This document shows positions 41,634-50,031 of a stretch of DNA of 64,000 nt, in pieces. A program made the position numbers and the translations under genes. A model generated the notes under the pieces. That model was not told the DNA's origin, ran no database searches, and worked only from the letters and a program-made list of their open reading frames with translations. This stretch comes from an uncultured Solirubrobacterales bacterium (GTDB taxonomy: Bacteria > Actinomycetota > Thermoleophilia > Solirubrobacterales > JBBDJG01): contig CAWAUD010000013.1 in assembly GCA_963785085.1 (NCBI GenBank), positions 7,700 to 71,699 of the forward strand. The letters run 5' to 3'. How positions within the stretch are numbered: the first letter of the stretch is position 1; every line of letters begins with the position of its first letter.

Positions 41634-42836
41634 ATGCTGAGAGTCGTCGAGGAGGCGGCGCGCACCGATACCGGCCGCCAGCGTCACGCCAACGAGGATT
41701 CCTACCTGGCTCGCTCGCCCGTGTTCGTCGTCGCCGACGGGATGGGGGGTGCTCAGGCGGGCGAGGTTGCCTCGCGCATCGCGGCGGAGTCCTTCGAGGA
41801 AGGCTTCGGGGACGGAGCTCCTGAGCAGGAGCTTGCCCGCGCGGCCCTGGCGGCGAACCGGCGGATCTTCGACCTCGCCCGGGAGGACTCGAGCCGCAGC
41901 GGGATGGGCACGACGCTGACGGGCGCTTTCGTCTCGGACGACGAGGTCAGCATCGTCCACGTCGGCGACAGCCGCGCGTACCTCTACCGCGACGGAACGC
42001 TGCGCCAGCTGACGCGCGACCATTCGCTCGTCGAGGAGCTCCGCCGGCAGGGACAGCTGACGACCGAGGAGGCCGAGGAGCATCCCCAGCGCTCGATCAT
42101 CACGCGGGCCCTTGGCCCCGAGCCCGACGTCGAGCTGGACGTGCACACGCACCAGGCGCGCCCCGGGGATGTCTTCCTGCTCTGCAGCGACGGGCTCACG
42201 AGCATGGTGCGCGAGGACCGGGTGCGGGAGATCCTGTCCTCCAGCGAAGACCTGCGCGAGGCCGCCGACCGCCTCGTGCGCGAGGCCAACGAGATGGGGG
42301 GACGGGACAACATCACGGTCGTCTGCTTCCGGCTCGGCGGGACGCCGGTCGGCGAAGCTCCGGACGACACGGGGGACCTCGGGGACACGATGACCGGTGT
42401 AAGCGCCGCCGACGTCCATGGCGATGAGGTCGTCGCAGCTGACAGACCGGAGACGGGAGACGGGAGACCGGAGACGCTTGAGCCCCCGCCGCGCCGCCGA
42501 CGGCCGCGCGATCCCGCTCGCCGGCGTCGCCGGGTCATCGTCACCGCGGTCCTGATCGGCGTTGCAGTGTTGCTGGTGGCCGGGGCGATCGGCGCCCGCG
42601 CGGCGCTGCGCAACGTCTACTTCGTCGGCCAGGACCACGGGCTCGTGACCCTGTACCGGGGCGTTCCCTACGAGCTTCCGGGCGGCATCAATCTCTACGA
42701 CACCCGGTACGTCAGCTCGGTCCCCGTCGTCCGCCTCAGCCCGGTCGAGCGCCGCCGTCTGCTCGACCACAAGCTGCGCTCGCACAACGATGCGTCCGAC
42801 CTGGTTCGGCGACTCGAGCGGAGCCGCGCGCCATGA
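41634..42836 (+). CDS. pstP: PP2C-family Ser/Thr phosphatase PstP (cytoplasmic catalytic domain, linker, TM, extracellular tail)
   Basis: Intact 400-aa ORF: RTDTGRQRHANEDS, VVADGMGGAQAGEVAS, GMGTTLTG, HVGDSRAY, LCSDGLT, GGRDNITVV. TM VIVTAVLIGVAVLLVAGAIG. Confidence 0.92.
   Translation: MLRVVEEAARTDTGRQRHANEDSYLARSPVFVVADGMGGAQAGEVASRIAAESFEEGFGDGAPEQELARAALAANRRIFDLAREDSSRSGMGTTLTGAFVSDDEVSIVHVGDSRAYLYRDGTLRQLTRDHSLVEELRRQGQLTTEEAEEHPQRSIITRALGPEPDVELDVHTHQARPGDVFLLCSDGLTSMVREDRVREILSSSEDLREAADRLVREANEMGGRDNITVVCFRLGGTPVGEAPDDTGDLGDTMTGVSAADVHGDEVVAADRPETGDGRPETLEPPPRRRRPRDPARRRRRVIVTAVLIGVAVLLVAGAIGARAALRNVYFVGQDHGLVTLYRGVPYELPGGINLYDTRYVSSVPVVRLSPVERRRLLDHKLRSHNDASDLVRRLERSRAP
42443..42477 (+). 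repeat. tandem heptamer array inside the pstP linker (CAGACCG GAGACGG GAGACGG GAGACCG GAGACGC)
   Basis: Five 7-nt units on the pstP sense strand, encoding ..DRPETGDGRPETL.. Same unit family as the intergenic arrays, but with C/G in place of the T of TAG, so no stops arise. Confidence 0.8.
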
Positions 42837-44146
42837 GTGCCCGCGGCCGCGAGCTCCTCGGCCTGCTGCCGGTCACGTTGCTGATCACCGCCGGGTTCAC
42901 CGCGGTGTTCATGGCGCGCCAGAGCGACCTGGGCACGACCACGCTGTCGTGGGGAGGGATCTTCCTGGTCCTCTGCCTCGCGCTGCACCTGTTCATCCGG
43001 GCGCGGCTGCCCGACGCGGACCCGTACCTGTTCCCCCTCGTGGCGCTCCTCTCGGCGTTCGGCCTGGTGATGATCTACCGGATCGACGAGAACCTCGCGC
43101 GCGACCAGGCGGGCTGGTTCCTGGTCGGGATCGTCTTCTTCGTCGGGACCGTGGTGCTCGTGCGGGACATCGACGTGCTGGAGCGCTACCGCTACGTGAT
43201 CGCCGCGACCGGCATCGGCCTGCTGTTGCTCCCGCGGCTGCCGGGCATCGGTGCGCGCGTGAACGGCGCCTACCTCGGCGTGGACGCGGGCCCGCTCTCC
43301 TTTCAGCCGACCGAGTTCGCCAAGCTCTGCATCGTCGTCTTCCTCGCCAGCTACCTGCACGAGCGAGGAGACATGCTCGTTGCGGGCGCCAGACGCGTCG
43401 CCGGCATCACGATCCCGCCGCTGAAGCACTTCGGCCCGCTGCTGGTCGTGTGGGGAGCGTCGATGTTGATGCTGGTCTTCATCCGCGACCTCGGCAGCTC
43501 GCTGATGTTCTTCGCGGCCTTCCTCGCGCTGCTGTACGTGGCGACCGGCGAGCTCTCGTTCGTGCTCGCCGGGAGCGCGATGTTTGCCGGCGGCGCCTGG
43601 TTCTTCGCCCACACCGTGAGTCACGTCCAGGAGCGCGTCGACATCTGGCTCGACCCGTGGAAGGACCCGGCGGGATCGGGGTTCCAGATCGCCCAGTCCC
43701 TGTTCTCGCAGGCGGATGGAGGGCTGTTCGGAAAGGGGTTGGGGCAGGCGTTGCTCCAGCTGCCGGGTGGAGCGCAGATTCCGCCGGCGCCGGACACCGA
43801 CCTGATCTACGCCGTGATCACCAACGAGCTGGGGCTGTTCGGCGCCGCGGCGGTGGTGATGGTCTACCTGCTGTTCGCCGAGCGCGGCTTCCGCACCGCG
43901 ATGCTTGCCGAGGACGGGTTCCAGAAGCTGCTCGCCACCGGGCTGACGGCCGTGTTCGCGTTCCAGGCGTTCGTGATCGTCGGCGGCGTCACCAGGGTGA
44001 TCCCGCTTACCGGCGTGACCCTGCCGTTCATCTCCTACGGTGGAAGCTCCATCGTCGCCAACTTCGTGCTCCTGGCGCTGCTCCTGGTCATCTCCCAGCA
44101 GGCGCGCGCCCCACGGCAGGTGCGCCCCAGCCCGGTGGTCTCTTAG
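42833..44146 (+). CDS. rodA: FtsW/RodA/SpoVE-family peptidoglycan glycosyltransferase (SEDS)
   Basis: Intact 437-aa ORF with about 10 TMs: QPTEFAKL, DLGSSLMF, PDTDLIYAVITNELGL, LPFISYGGSS. The start overlaps the pstP stop (ATGA). Confidence 0.9.
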   Translation: MSARGRELLGLLPVTLLITAGFTAVFMARQSDLGTTTLSWGGIFLVLCLALHLFIRARLPDADPYLFPLVALLSAFGLVMIYRIDENLARDQAGWFLVGIVFFVGTVVLVRDIDVLERYRYVIAATGIGLLLLPRLPGIGARVNGAYLGVDAGPLSFQPTEFAKLCIVVFLASYLHERGDMLVAGARRVAGITIPPLKHFGPLLVVWGASMLMLVFIRDLGSSLMFFAAFLALLYVATGELSFVLAGSAMFAGGAWFFAHTVSHVQERVDIWLDPWKDPAGSGFQIAQSLFSQADGGLFGKGLGQALLQLPGGAQIPPAPDTDLIYAVITNELGLFGAAAVVMVYLLFAERGFRTAMLAEDGFQKLLATGLTAVFAFQAFVIVGGVTRVIPLTGVTLPFISYGGSSIVANFVLLALLLVISQQARAPRQVRPSPVVS

Positions 44147-44148
44147 TC

Positions 44149-45570
44149 ATGCCGGTCAACGTGCGCATCAACCGATTGTTCTTCCTGGTCGTGATCCTGT
44201 TCGCGGTCCTGATCGGCTTCACGTCGTACTGGTCGGTGATCGACGCCGAGGGCCTCAAGGACAACGAGGCCAACCGCCGCCCGCTGCTGGAGCAGCAGCG
44301 CGTGCGGCGCGGCCTCATCTATGCCGCTGATGGAACGGTGCTGGCGCGCAACATCGCGCGGGGCCGCGGATCGGACCGCTTCTACCGCCGCACCTACCCG
44401 ACGAGAGACTTGTTTGCTCATCCGGTGGGATACAGCTTCGTAGAGCGCGGACGCACGGGCCTCGAGCGTTACTACGAGGACGATCTGGCGGGACAGAAGG
44501 GCGAGTTCGGAACGCTGCTCGACGAGATCCGCGGCGCCGACCGCGAGGGCGACGATCTGCTCACGGCGCTCGATCCCAAGACGCAGCTCGTGGCCCAGCA
44601 GGGCTTGGCGGGGCGCGCCGGCTCGGTGGTCGCGATGAACCCGCAGACAGGGCGCGTGCTCGCGATGGTGAGCATCCCGAGCTACGACCCGAACGACGTC
44701 CTGAACCGGTTCGACGACCTGCGCCGCGCGCCCGGCTCGCCGATCCTCAACCGAGCGACCCAAGCGGGCTACCCGCCGGGGTCGACGTTCAAGGTGGTCA
44801 CGGCGACGGCGGCGATCGACTCCGGTCGCTACACGCCGCTTTCGGTGGTCAGCGGCAAGTCACCGAAGATCATCGACGGTGTCCCGCTGTCGAACTTCGG
44901 CGGCGAGCAGTTCGGCCCGATCACGCTCACCCAGGCGCTGACGAACTCCGTCAACACGGTCTGGGCAGAGGTCGGAGTGAAGCTTGGGAAGAGCACCCTG
45001 TTCAAGTACATGGACCGATACGGGTTCAACCAGAAACCACGCGTCGACCTGCCGGCCAGCGAGAAGCGCGCGAGCGGCGTGTACGACAACGGCAAGCTGC
45101 TCGACTCCAGCGACGCGATCGACCTCGGCCGTGTTGCGATCGGTCAGGAGCGCCTTCAGGTCACGCCGCTCCAGATGGCGATGGTGGCCTCCGCGGTGGC
45201 GAACGGTGGCAGCCTGATGCGGCCGCGAATCGCCACCAAGGTCCGCGACCCCGACGGCCGTACCGTCCGCAGCTTCGGGCCCAGCGAGGAGAGCCGCGTG
45301 ATGAAGAAGAGCACCGCGGCCGCGCTTGCGGCGATGATGAGCCGTGTTGTGGCGGAGGGGACCGGCACCGCGGCGGCCCTGCAGGGCATCGACGTCGCGG
45401 GAAAGACGGGGACCGCGGAGAAGGGCCAGCTCAACCAGGCCTGGTTCATCGGCTTCGCGCCCGTCCGCGACCCGCAGGTGGCGGTGGCCGTGACGGTCGA
45501 GCAGACCGCGGGTCAGGGTGGGACCGTTGCGGCGCCGATCGCCAAGCGCGTGATGGAGTCGGTCCTGTGA
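44149..45570 (+). CDS. pbpA: class B penicillin-binding protein (PbpA-like transpeptidase)
   Basis: The ATG at 44149 lies within track ORF 42790..45570. The upstream part of that ORF is an out-of-frame shadow over rodA. TM, then a dimerisation domain and a transpeptidase domain with STFK (GSTFKVVTA), SxN (TNSVNT) and KTG (GKTGTAE). Confidence 0.92.
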   Translation: MPVNVRINRLFFLVVILFAVLIGFTSYWSVIDAEGLKDNEANRRPLLEQQRVRRGLIYAADGTVLARNIARGRGSDRFYRRTYPTRDLFAHPVGYSFVERGRTGLERYYEDDLAGQKGEFGTLLDEIRGADREGDDLLTALDPKTQLVAQQGLAGRAGSVVAMNPQTGRVLAMVSIPSYDPNDVLNRFDDLRRAPGSPILNRATQAGYPPGSTFKVVTATAAIDSGRYTPLSVVSGKSPKIIDGVPLSNFGGEQFGPITLTQALTNSVNTVWAEVGVKLGKSTLFKYMDRYGFNQKPRVDLPASEKRASGVYDNGKLLDSSDAIDLGRVAIGQERLQVTPLQMAMVASAVANGGSLMRPRIATKVRDPDGRTVRSFGPSEESRVMKKSTAAALAAMMSRVVAEGTGTAAALQGIDVAGKTGTAEKGQLNQAWFIGFAPVRDPQVAVAVTVEQTAGQGGTVAAPIAKRVMESVL

Positions 45571-47462
45571 AGGTCGCGACCGGAACCGTGATCGACGAGC
45601 GCTACCGGGTGCTCGAGCGGGTCGGCTCCGGCGGCATGGCGGACGTGTACTGCGCGGAGGACACACGGCTGGGCCGCACGATCGCGATCAAGGTGCTGCA
45701 CGAGCGCTTCTCCCAGGACCGGGAGTTCGTCGAACGCTTTCGCCGTGAGGCCTCCGCGGCCGCGGGGCTCCAGCACCCGAACATCGTCGGCATCTACGAC
45801 CGGGGGGACTCCGACGGCGCGTACTACATCGCGATGGAGTTCGTGGAGGGCGAGACGCTCAAGGACGTGATCCGGCGCGAGGCGCCGATGGACCCGGGCC
45901 GGACGATCTCGATCGTCAAGGAGATACTCGCGGCGACCCGCTTCGCGCACAAGCGGGGCGTGATCCACAGGGATCTGAAGCCGCAGAACGTGATGATCGA
46001 GCCCGACGACCACATCAAGGTGGCGGACTTCGGCATCGCGCGCGCATCGGGGTCGGACATCACCGAGGTGGGCGCGATCATGGGCACCGCGCAGTACCTC
46101 TCGCCCGAGCAGGCGCACGGTCAGCCGGTGACGGCGGCATCGGACCTCTACTCGATAGGCGTCGTGATGTTCGAGATGCTCACCGGCCGTGCGCCCTTCG
46201 AGGCGGAGAGTCCCGTCGCGGTAGCGCTCAAGCACGTGAACCAGCCGGCGCCGTCGCCCCGCGAGTTCGTTCCCGCGGTGCCGCCCGAGCTCGAGGCGAT
46301 CGTCCTGAAGGCGCTCGCCAAGGACCCTGAGCGGCGCTATCCCGATGCCGAGTCGATGATGCGTGACCTCGAGGTGGCCCAGTCGCGCCTCGGCGCGAAG
46401 CTGGTCGACACGGAGAGCACGGCGGTGTTCGCGCCCGTGCCGGTTCCGATCCCGACGCCGGTCGTCGCGCCTCCTCCAGACGCCTTGCCGCCGCCGATGG
46501 AGCCGCCTCCGCCGGTGAGCGGTCCACCTCCGGCGCCTCCGGGAGAGCGGGACGACAGGCGGCGCATGCTGTTCCTCCTCGGCCTCGTGGCGGCCGCCCT
46601 CCTTGCTCTTCTGGCCTTCACCCTGTTGCGCAACCAGCCGACCGAGATCGTGCCGCAGGTGATCGGCCAGACGCTCGACAGCGCGCGCGTGGAGATCGAG
46701 GCGAAGCACCTCGGGGTGGACGTCAAACGGCGTGCCGACCCGGCGCCCGCCGACACGGTGATCGATCAGGTGCCCGGAGCCGGCACGAAGGCCGACCGCG
46801 ACTCGACAGTCACGCTGATCGTCTCGAACGGCCCGACTACCGTGAAGATGCCGGACGTCGTGGGGCTTCCGCTCCACGATGCCCACGCCCGCCTGAAACG
46901 GGCGGGTCTGCGCGCCGACGTGACTCGCGAGGCGTCGGGCTCGGTGAACAAGGGAATCGTGATCCGCTCCGACCCGGGACCCGCCCGGCTGACGGAGCGC
47001 GGCTCCTCCGTGACGTTGTTCGTCAGCACCGGGCCACAGCAGGTGACAGTCCCGAATCTCGTGGGACAAGACGAGCCGGACGCCGTCTCGCAGTTGCGAG
47101 ACCTCCACCTCAGCCCGGAGATACGCGAGAAGTCCTCCGACAAGCCACAGGGCACCGTCGTCGACCAGAGCCCCTCCGCGGGACTCCCGGTGGCCGAGGG
47201 CACCACGGTGACGATCTTCGTCTCCAACGCCAACGTCGCGGAGGTTCCCGACGTGACCGGCCTGCGCCAGTCGACCGCCGAGGGGCGCCTCGGCCGCGAG
47301 GGCTTCGACGTCTCGGTGCGCACGACGCCGACCACGGATACGGCGCAGGACGGCTTGGTGATCAGCCAGAGCCCGGCCGGTGGAGCGAAGCGCACCAAGG
47401 GCGCCGTGATCACGATCACCGTCGGCCAGCTGAGCACCTCGACGCCGGGAGGAACGCCCTGA
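45567..47462 (+). CDS. pknB: Ser/Thr protein kinase PknB with four extracellular PASTA domains
   Basis: Intact 631-aa ORF (GTGA overlap with pbpA): GSGGMADVY..AIKVL, HRDLKPQN, DFGIAR, a Pro-rich linker, a TM (LFLLGLVAAALLALLAF), then 4 repeats of about 65 aa (VPQVIGQT.., MPDVVGLP.., VPNLVGQD.., VPDVTGLR..). Confidence 0.93.
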   Translation: MKVATGTVIDERYRVLERVGSGGMADVYCAEDTRLGRTIAIKVLHERFSQDREFVERFRREASAAAGLQHPNIVGIYDRGDSDGAYYIAMEFVEGETLKDVIRREAPMDPGRTISIVKEILAATRFAHKRGVIHRDLKPQNVMIEPDDHIKVADFGIARASGSDITEVGAIMGTAQYLSPEQAHGQPVTAASDLYSIGVVMFEMLTGRAPFEAESPVAVALKHVNQPAPSPREFVPAVPPELEAIVLKALAKDPERRYPDAESMMRDLEVAQSRLGAKLVDTESTAVFAPVPVPIPTPVVAPPPDALPPPMEPPPPVSGPPPAPPGERDDRRRMLFLLGLVAAALLALLAFTLLRNQPTEIVPQVIGQTLDSARVEIEAKHLGVDVKRRADPAPADTVIDQVPGAGTKADRDSTVTLIVSNGPTTVKMPDVVGLPLHDAHARLKRAGLRADVTREASGSVNKGIVIRSDPGPARLTERGSSVTLFVSTGPQQVTVPNLVGQDEPDAVSQLRDLHLSPEIREKSSDKPQGTVVDQSPSAGLPVAEGTTVTIFVSNANVAEVPDVTGLRQSTAEGRLGREGFDVSVRTTPTTDTAQDGLVISQSPAGGAKRTKGAVITITVGQLSTSTPGGTP

Positions 47463-47467
47463 GAGTC

Positions 47468-48472
47468 GTGGTGCTCGCGGGCGGCCGCTCGAGCGAGCAC
47501 GACGTGTCCCTGCGGTCGGGGGCAGCCGTCCTGGACGGGCTCGAGAGCGGCGGCCACGAGACCCTGCCGGTAGTGATCGGCCGGGAAGGGCGCTGGACGG
47601 CGACCGATCCGCGTACACCGGGCGAGGGCGGGGAGCGCGTCGAGGTCGTTCCGGGCGAGGGGCTGCTGGGCGCCGACGTGGCGTTCCCCGTGCTGCACGG
47701 CCCGTTCGGCGAGGACGGCACGGTCCAGGGCCTGCTCGAATGCGCCGGCGTGCCGTATGTGGGCGCGGGCGTGCTGGCCTCCGCGCTCTGCCTCGACAAG
47801 GCCGCGTTCAAGCGGATGATGAGCCAGGCCGGCCTGCCGCAGGTGCGCTACGAGGTCGTGACGCAGGCCGAGTGGTCCGCGGCCCGGTCAGCGGCGCTCG
47901 AGCGCGCAGCCACCGTGGGCTTCCCTTCGTTCACCAAGCCCGCGCATCTCGGATCGAGCGTCGGCATCTCGAAGGTCGACACCGCGGCCGAGCTGGAGCC
48001 GGCGCTGGAGCGGGCGCTCGCGCACGACCCGACGGCGCTGGTCGAGGCTGCGGCAATCGGGCGCGAGGTCGAATGCTCGGTGATCGGCAACGACAAGCCG
48101 GTCGCGTCCGAGCCCGGCGAGGTCGTCACGGTCGGAGGCGACTGGTACGACTTCGACTCCAAGTACACGGCGGGCGGCATGGAGCTGCGCGTGCCGGCGC
48201 CGATCGAGCCGGCCCAGCTGGAGCGGGTCCGCCGCATCGCGACCGACGCGTTCCGTGAATCCGGCTGCGCCGGGCTCGCGCGCGTCGACTTCTTCGTAAC
48301 CGACGACGGGCGCGTCCTGCTGAACGAGTTGAACACGATGCCCGGCTTCACCGAGACGAGCGTCTTCGCAAAGCTGTTCGCCGCATCCGGGCTCGGGTAT
48401 GTGGAACTGCTGGATCGGCTGCTGGGTTTCGCTCTGGAACGCCACGAGCGGGAAGCGGCATACCTTTACTGA
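47468..48472 (+). CDS. ddl: D-alanine--D-alanine ligase (paralog 2, DdlA-like), 5 nt downstream of pknB
   Basis: Intact 334-aa ORF (GTG start, GGGAGGA upstream): VLAGGRSSEHDVSLRSG, FPVLHGPFGEDGTVQG, PYVGAGV, FTKPAHLGSSVG, WYDFDSKYTAGG, ARVDFF, NELNTMPGFTETS. Confidence 0.9.
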   Translation: MVLAGGRSSEHDVSLRSGAAVLDGLESGGHETLPVVIGREGRWTATDPRTPGEGGERVEVVPGEGLLGADVAFPVLHGPFGEDGTVQGLLECAGVPYVGAGVLASALCLDKAAFKRMMSQAGLPQVRYEVVTQAEWSAARSAALERAATVGFPSFTKPAHLGSSVGISKVDTAAELEPALERALAHDPTALVEAAAIGREVECSVIGNDKPVASEPGEVVTVGGDWYDFDSKYTAGGMELRVPAPIEPAQLERVRRIATDAFRESGCAGLARVDFFVTDDGRVLLNELNTMPGFTETSVFAKLFAASGLGYVELLDRLLGFALERHEREAAYLY

Positions 48473-48493
48473 CCGCCTACCGCCTACCGCCTA
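48473..48493 (-). repeat. tandem heptamer array, 3 perfect units (minus strand TAGGCGG x3), filling the whole gap between two convergent stop codons
   Basis: Plus strand: TGA(ddl) CCGCCTA CCGCCTA CCGCCTA CTA(kinase stop). On the kinase sense strand this reads TAG TAGGCGG TAGGCGG TAGGCGG TCA, giving a TAG in all three frames. Confidence 0.95.
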
Positions 48494-49969
48494 CTACCGA
48501 GTAACTCCAGCTCCGAGATGGCCGCGTTCGACCTTCCGGTAGTTCCCTCGGTCAGCTTGCGTGATCCACACCAGGTAGTACTGCTTGGCCTTGCCGCGGG
48601 TGTTGAGGCGGAAGGCCTCGCGGTTGCGCGTCATCTGACCGCCGCCCACAGGCTGCCAGCCGGCGAGTGTGGCGGGCGGTCCCGAGTCTGCCGCGTAGAG
48701 CCCGAAGGTCCACCCGCTCTTCGGGGTCGTGATCCGCAGGCCGCGCGCGACCACGGGGCGGCCCGTGTCGAGGTAGACGCCGACGCCGTCCTTGATGCCG
48801 CCGAGGTCCGGCGTGTCGTAGTTCTCGGTCTCCCACGCCGTGGTCGGGTTGCCGTCGAGAGCCAGGTCCAGGTTCTCCGGGTTCTCGCTGCCATCGCCGG
48901 GGGGCGGGTCGAAGTCTCCGATGTCCTGCTCCCCGAGAGGGATGGGGGACAGGCCACCCGCCGCAGCGGGCGGGCTTTCGCCGTTCGAGTCGAACAGCAG
49001 CGCCGCCCCAAAGGCGACTGCCACCGCGATGACGACGTACATGGCCGCCATTGCGAAGCGCCGCCCCCGCATGCCTCGGCGCGCAGCCTCGGCGGGCAGC
49101 GCCTGCAGCACGGCCGTCGCCTCACCGGTCGCCTCGCCCGAGCGAGCCGCCTCGTAGGTCAGCACCTCCTCCAGGTCGCCCACGAAGTCGCCCATCGTCG
49201 CGTAGCGGTTGCGCAGCTCCTTTGCGGTGGCGCGCTCGACCACCGAGGCGAGCGCCGCGGAAACCTCGGGCCGGCGCCGCTGGACGTCCGGCAGCCCTTC
49301 GCGCACGTGTTTCATCGCAATGCTCACCGCGCTGTCGGCCTTGAAGGGAACCTCGCCGACGAGCATCTCGAACAGCACGATTCCGAGCGAGTAGACGTCG
49401 GACTGCCCGGTCACCGGCTCGCCCATCGCCTGCTCGGGCGAGACGTAGTCCGTCGTCCCGATGACCCGGCCGGTCCCGGTCAGCTGCTCGAACTCGAGTC
49501 CGCTGGCGATGCCGAAGTCCGTCACCTTGGCGCGGCCCTCCTCGTCGAGGAGCACGTTCTGCGGCTTGACGTCGCGATGCACGAGCCCGCGCTCGTGCGC
49601 GGCCTGCAGAGCCCGCCCGATCTCGATGGCATAGGCGACCGCCTCGCTCACCGGCAGCGCGCCATCGCGCCGGATGCGGTCCTTGAGCGTCTCCCCGTGC
49701 ACGTGCTCGAAGACGATGTAGGGCTGTCCCTCGTCCTCGCCCGCGTCGATCACCATCACGACGTGCGGGTGCGAGAGCTGCGCCACCGTGCGCGCCTCGC
49801 GCCGGAAGCGCTCGAGCGAGCTCGGGTCCTGGGACACCGCCGTGTGCATGATCTTCAGCGCGACGTCGCGCTCGAGCGTCTCGTCGAACGCCTTGTAGAC
49901 CGTCGACATGCCGCCCGAGCCGATCTTGGCCTCGATCCGGTAGCGACTTGAGAGTGTGGTGCCGATCAA
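48494..49969 (-). CDS. Ser/Thr protein kinase with an extracellular discoidin-like (F5/8 type C, galactose-binding-like) C-terminal domain
   Basis: Probable TTG start at 49969 within track ORF 48494..50278. GSGGMSTVY..ALKIM, HRDVKPQN, DFGIAS, a TM (AMAAMYVVIAVAVAFGAALLF), then ..ALDGNPTTAWETENY..GVYLD..RGLRITT..WTFGLYAAD... Confidence 0.8.
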   Translation of the reverse strand: MIGTTLSSRYRIEAKIGSGGMSTVYKAFDETLERDVALKIMHTAVSQDPSSLERFRREARTVAQLSHPHVVMVIDAGEDEGQPYIVFEHVHGETLKDRIRRDGALPVSEAVAYAIEIGRALQAAHERGLVHRDVKPQNVLLDEEGRAKVTDFGIASGLEFEQLTGTGRVIGTTDYVSPEQAMGEPVTGQSDVYSLGIVLFEMLVGEVPFKADSAVSIAMKHVREGLPDVQRRRPEVSAALASVVERATAKELRNRYATMGDFVGDLEEVLTYEAARSGEATGEATAVLQALPAEAARRGMRGRRFAMAAMYVVIAVAVAFGAALLFDSNGESPPAAAGGLSPIPLGEQDIGDFDPPPGDGSENPENLDLALDGNPTTAWETENYDTPDLGGIKDGVGVYLDTGRPVVARGLRITTPKSGWTFGLYAADSGPPATLAGWQPVGGGQMTRNREAFRLNTRGKAKQYYLVWITQADRGNYRKVERGHLGAGVTR

Positions 49970-50031
49970 TGGCTTGGTTGGGCGTCTCGGCCCGTACGTG
50001 GGTTCGAGTTGCTGACAGTATTTTGCGCCCG

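Noticed and set aside
42790-45570. A 926-aa ORF suggesting a giant PBP with a long N-terminal extension.
   Set aside because: The first 453 codons overlap rodA/ftsW out of frame and read as Arg/Pro/Gly-rich shadow sequence. pbpA starts at the ATG at 44149, right after the rodA stop.
40385-47462. The FHA-FHA-PP2C-SEDS-PBP-PASTA kinase cluster as a novel signalling system.
   Set aside because: This is the well-known, highly conserved actinobacterial division and morphogenesis operon near oriC. Only the appended ddl and the in-gene heptamer repeat are unusual, and both are reported separately.
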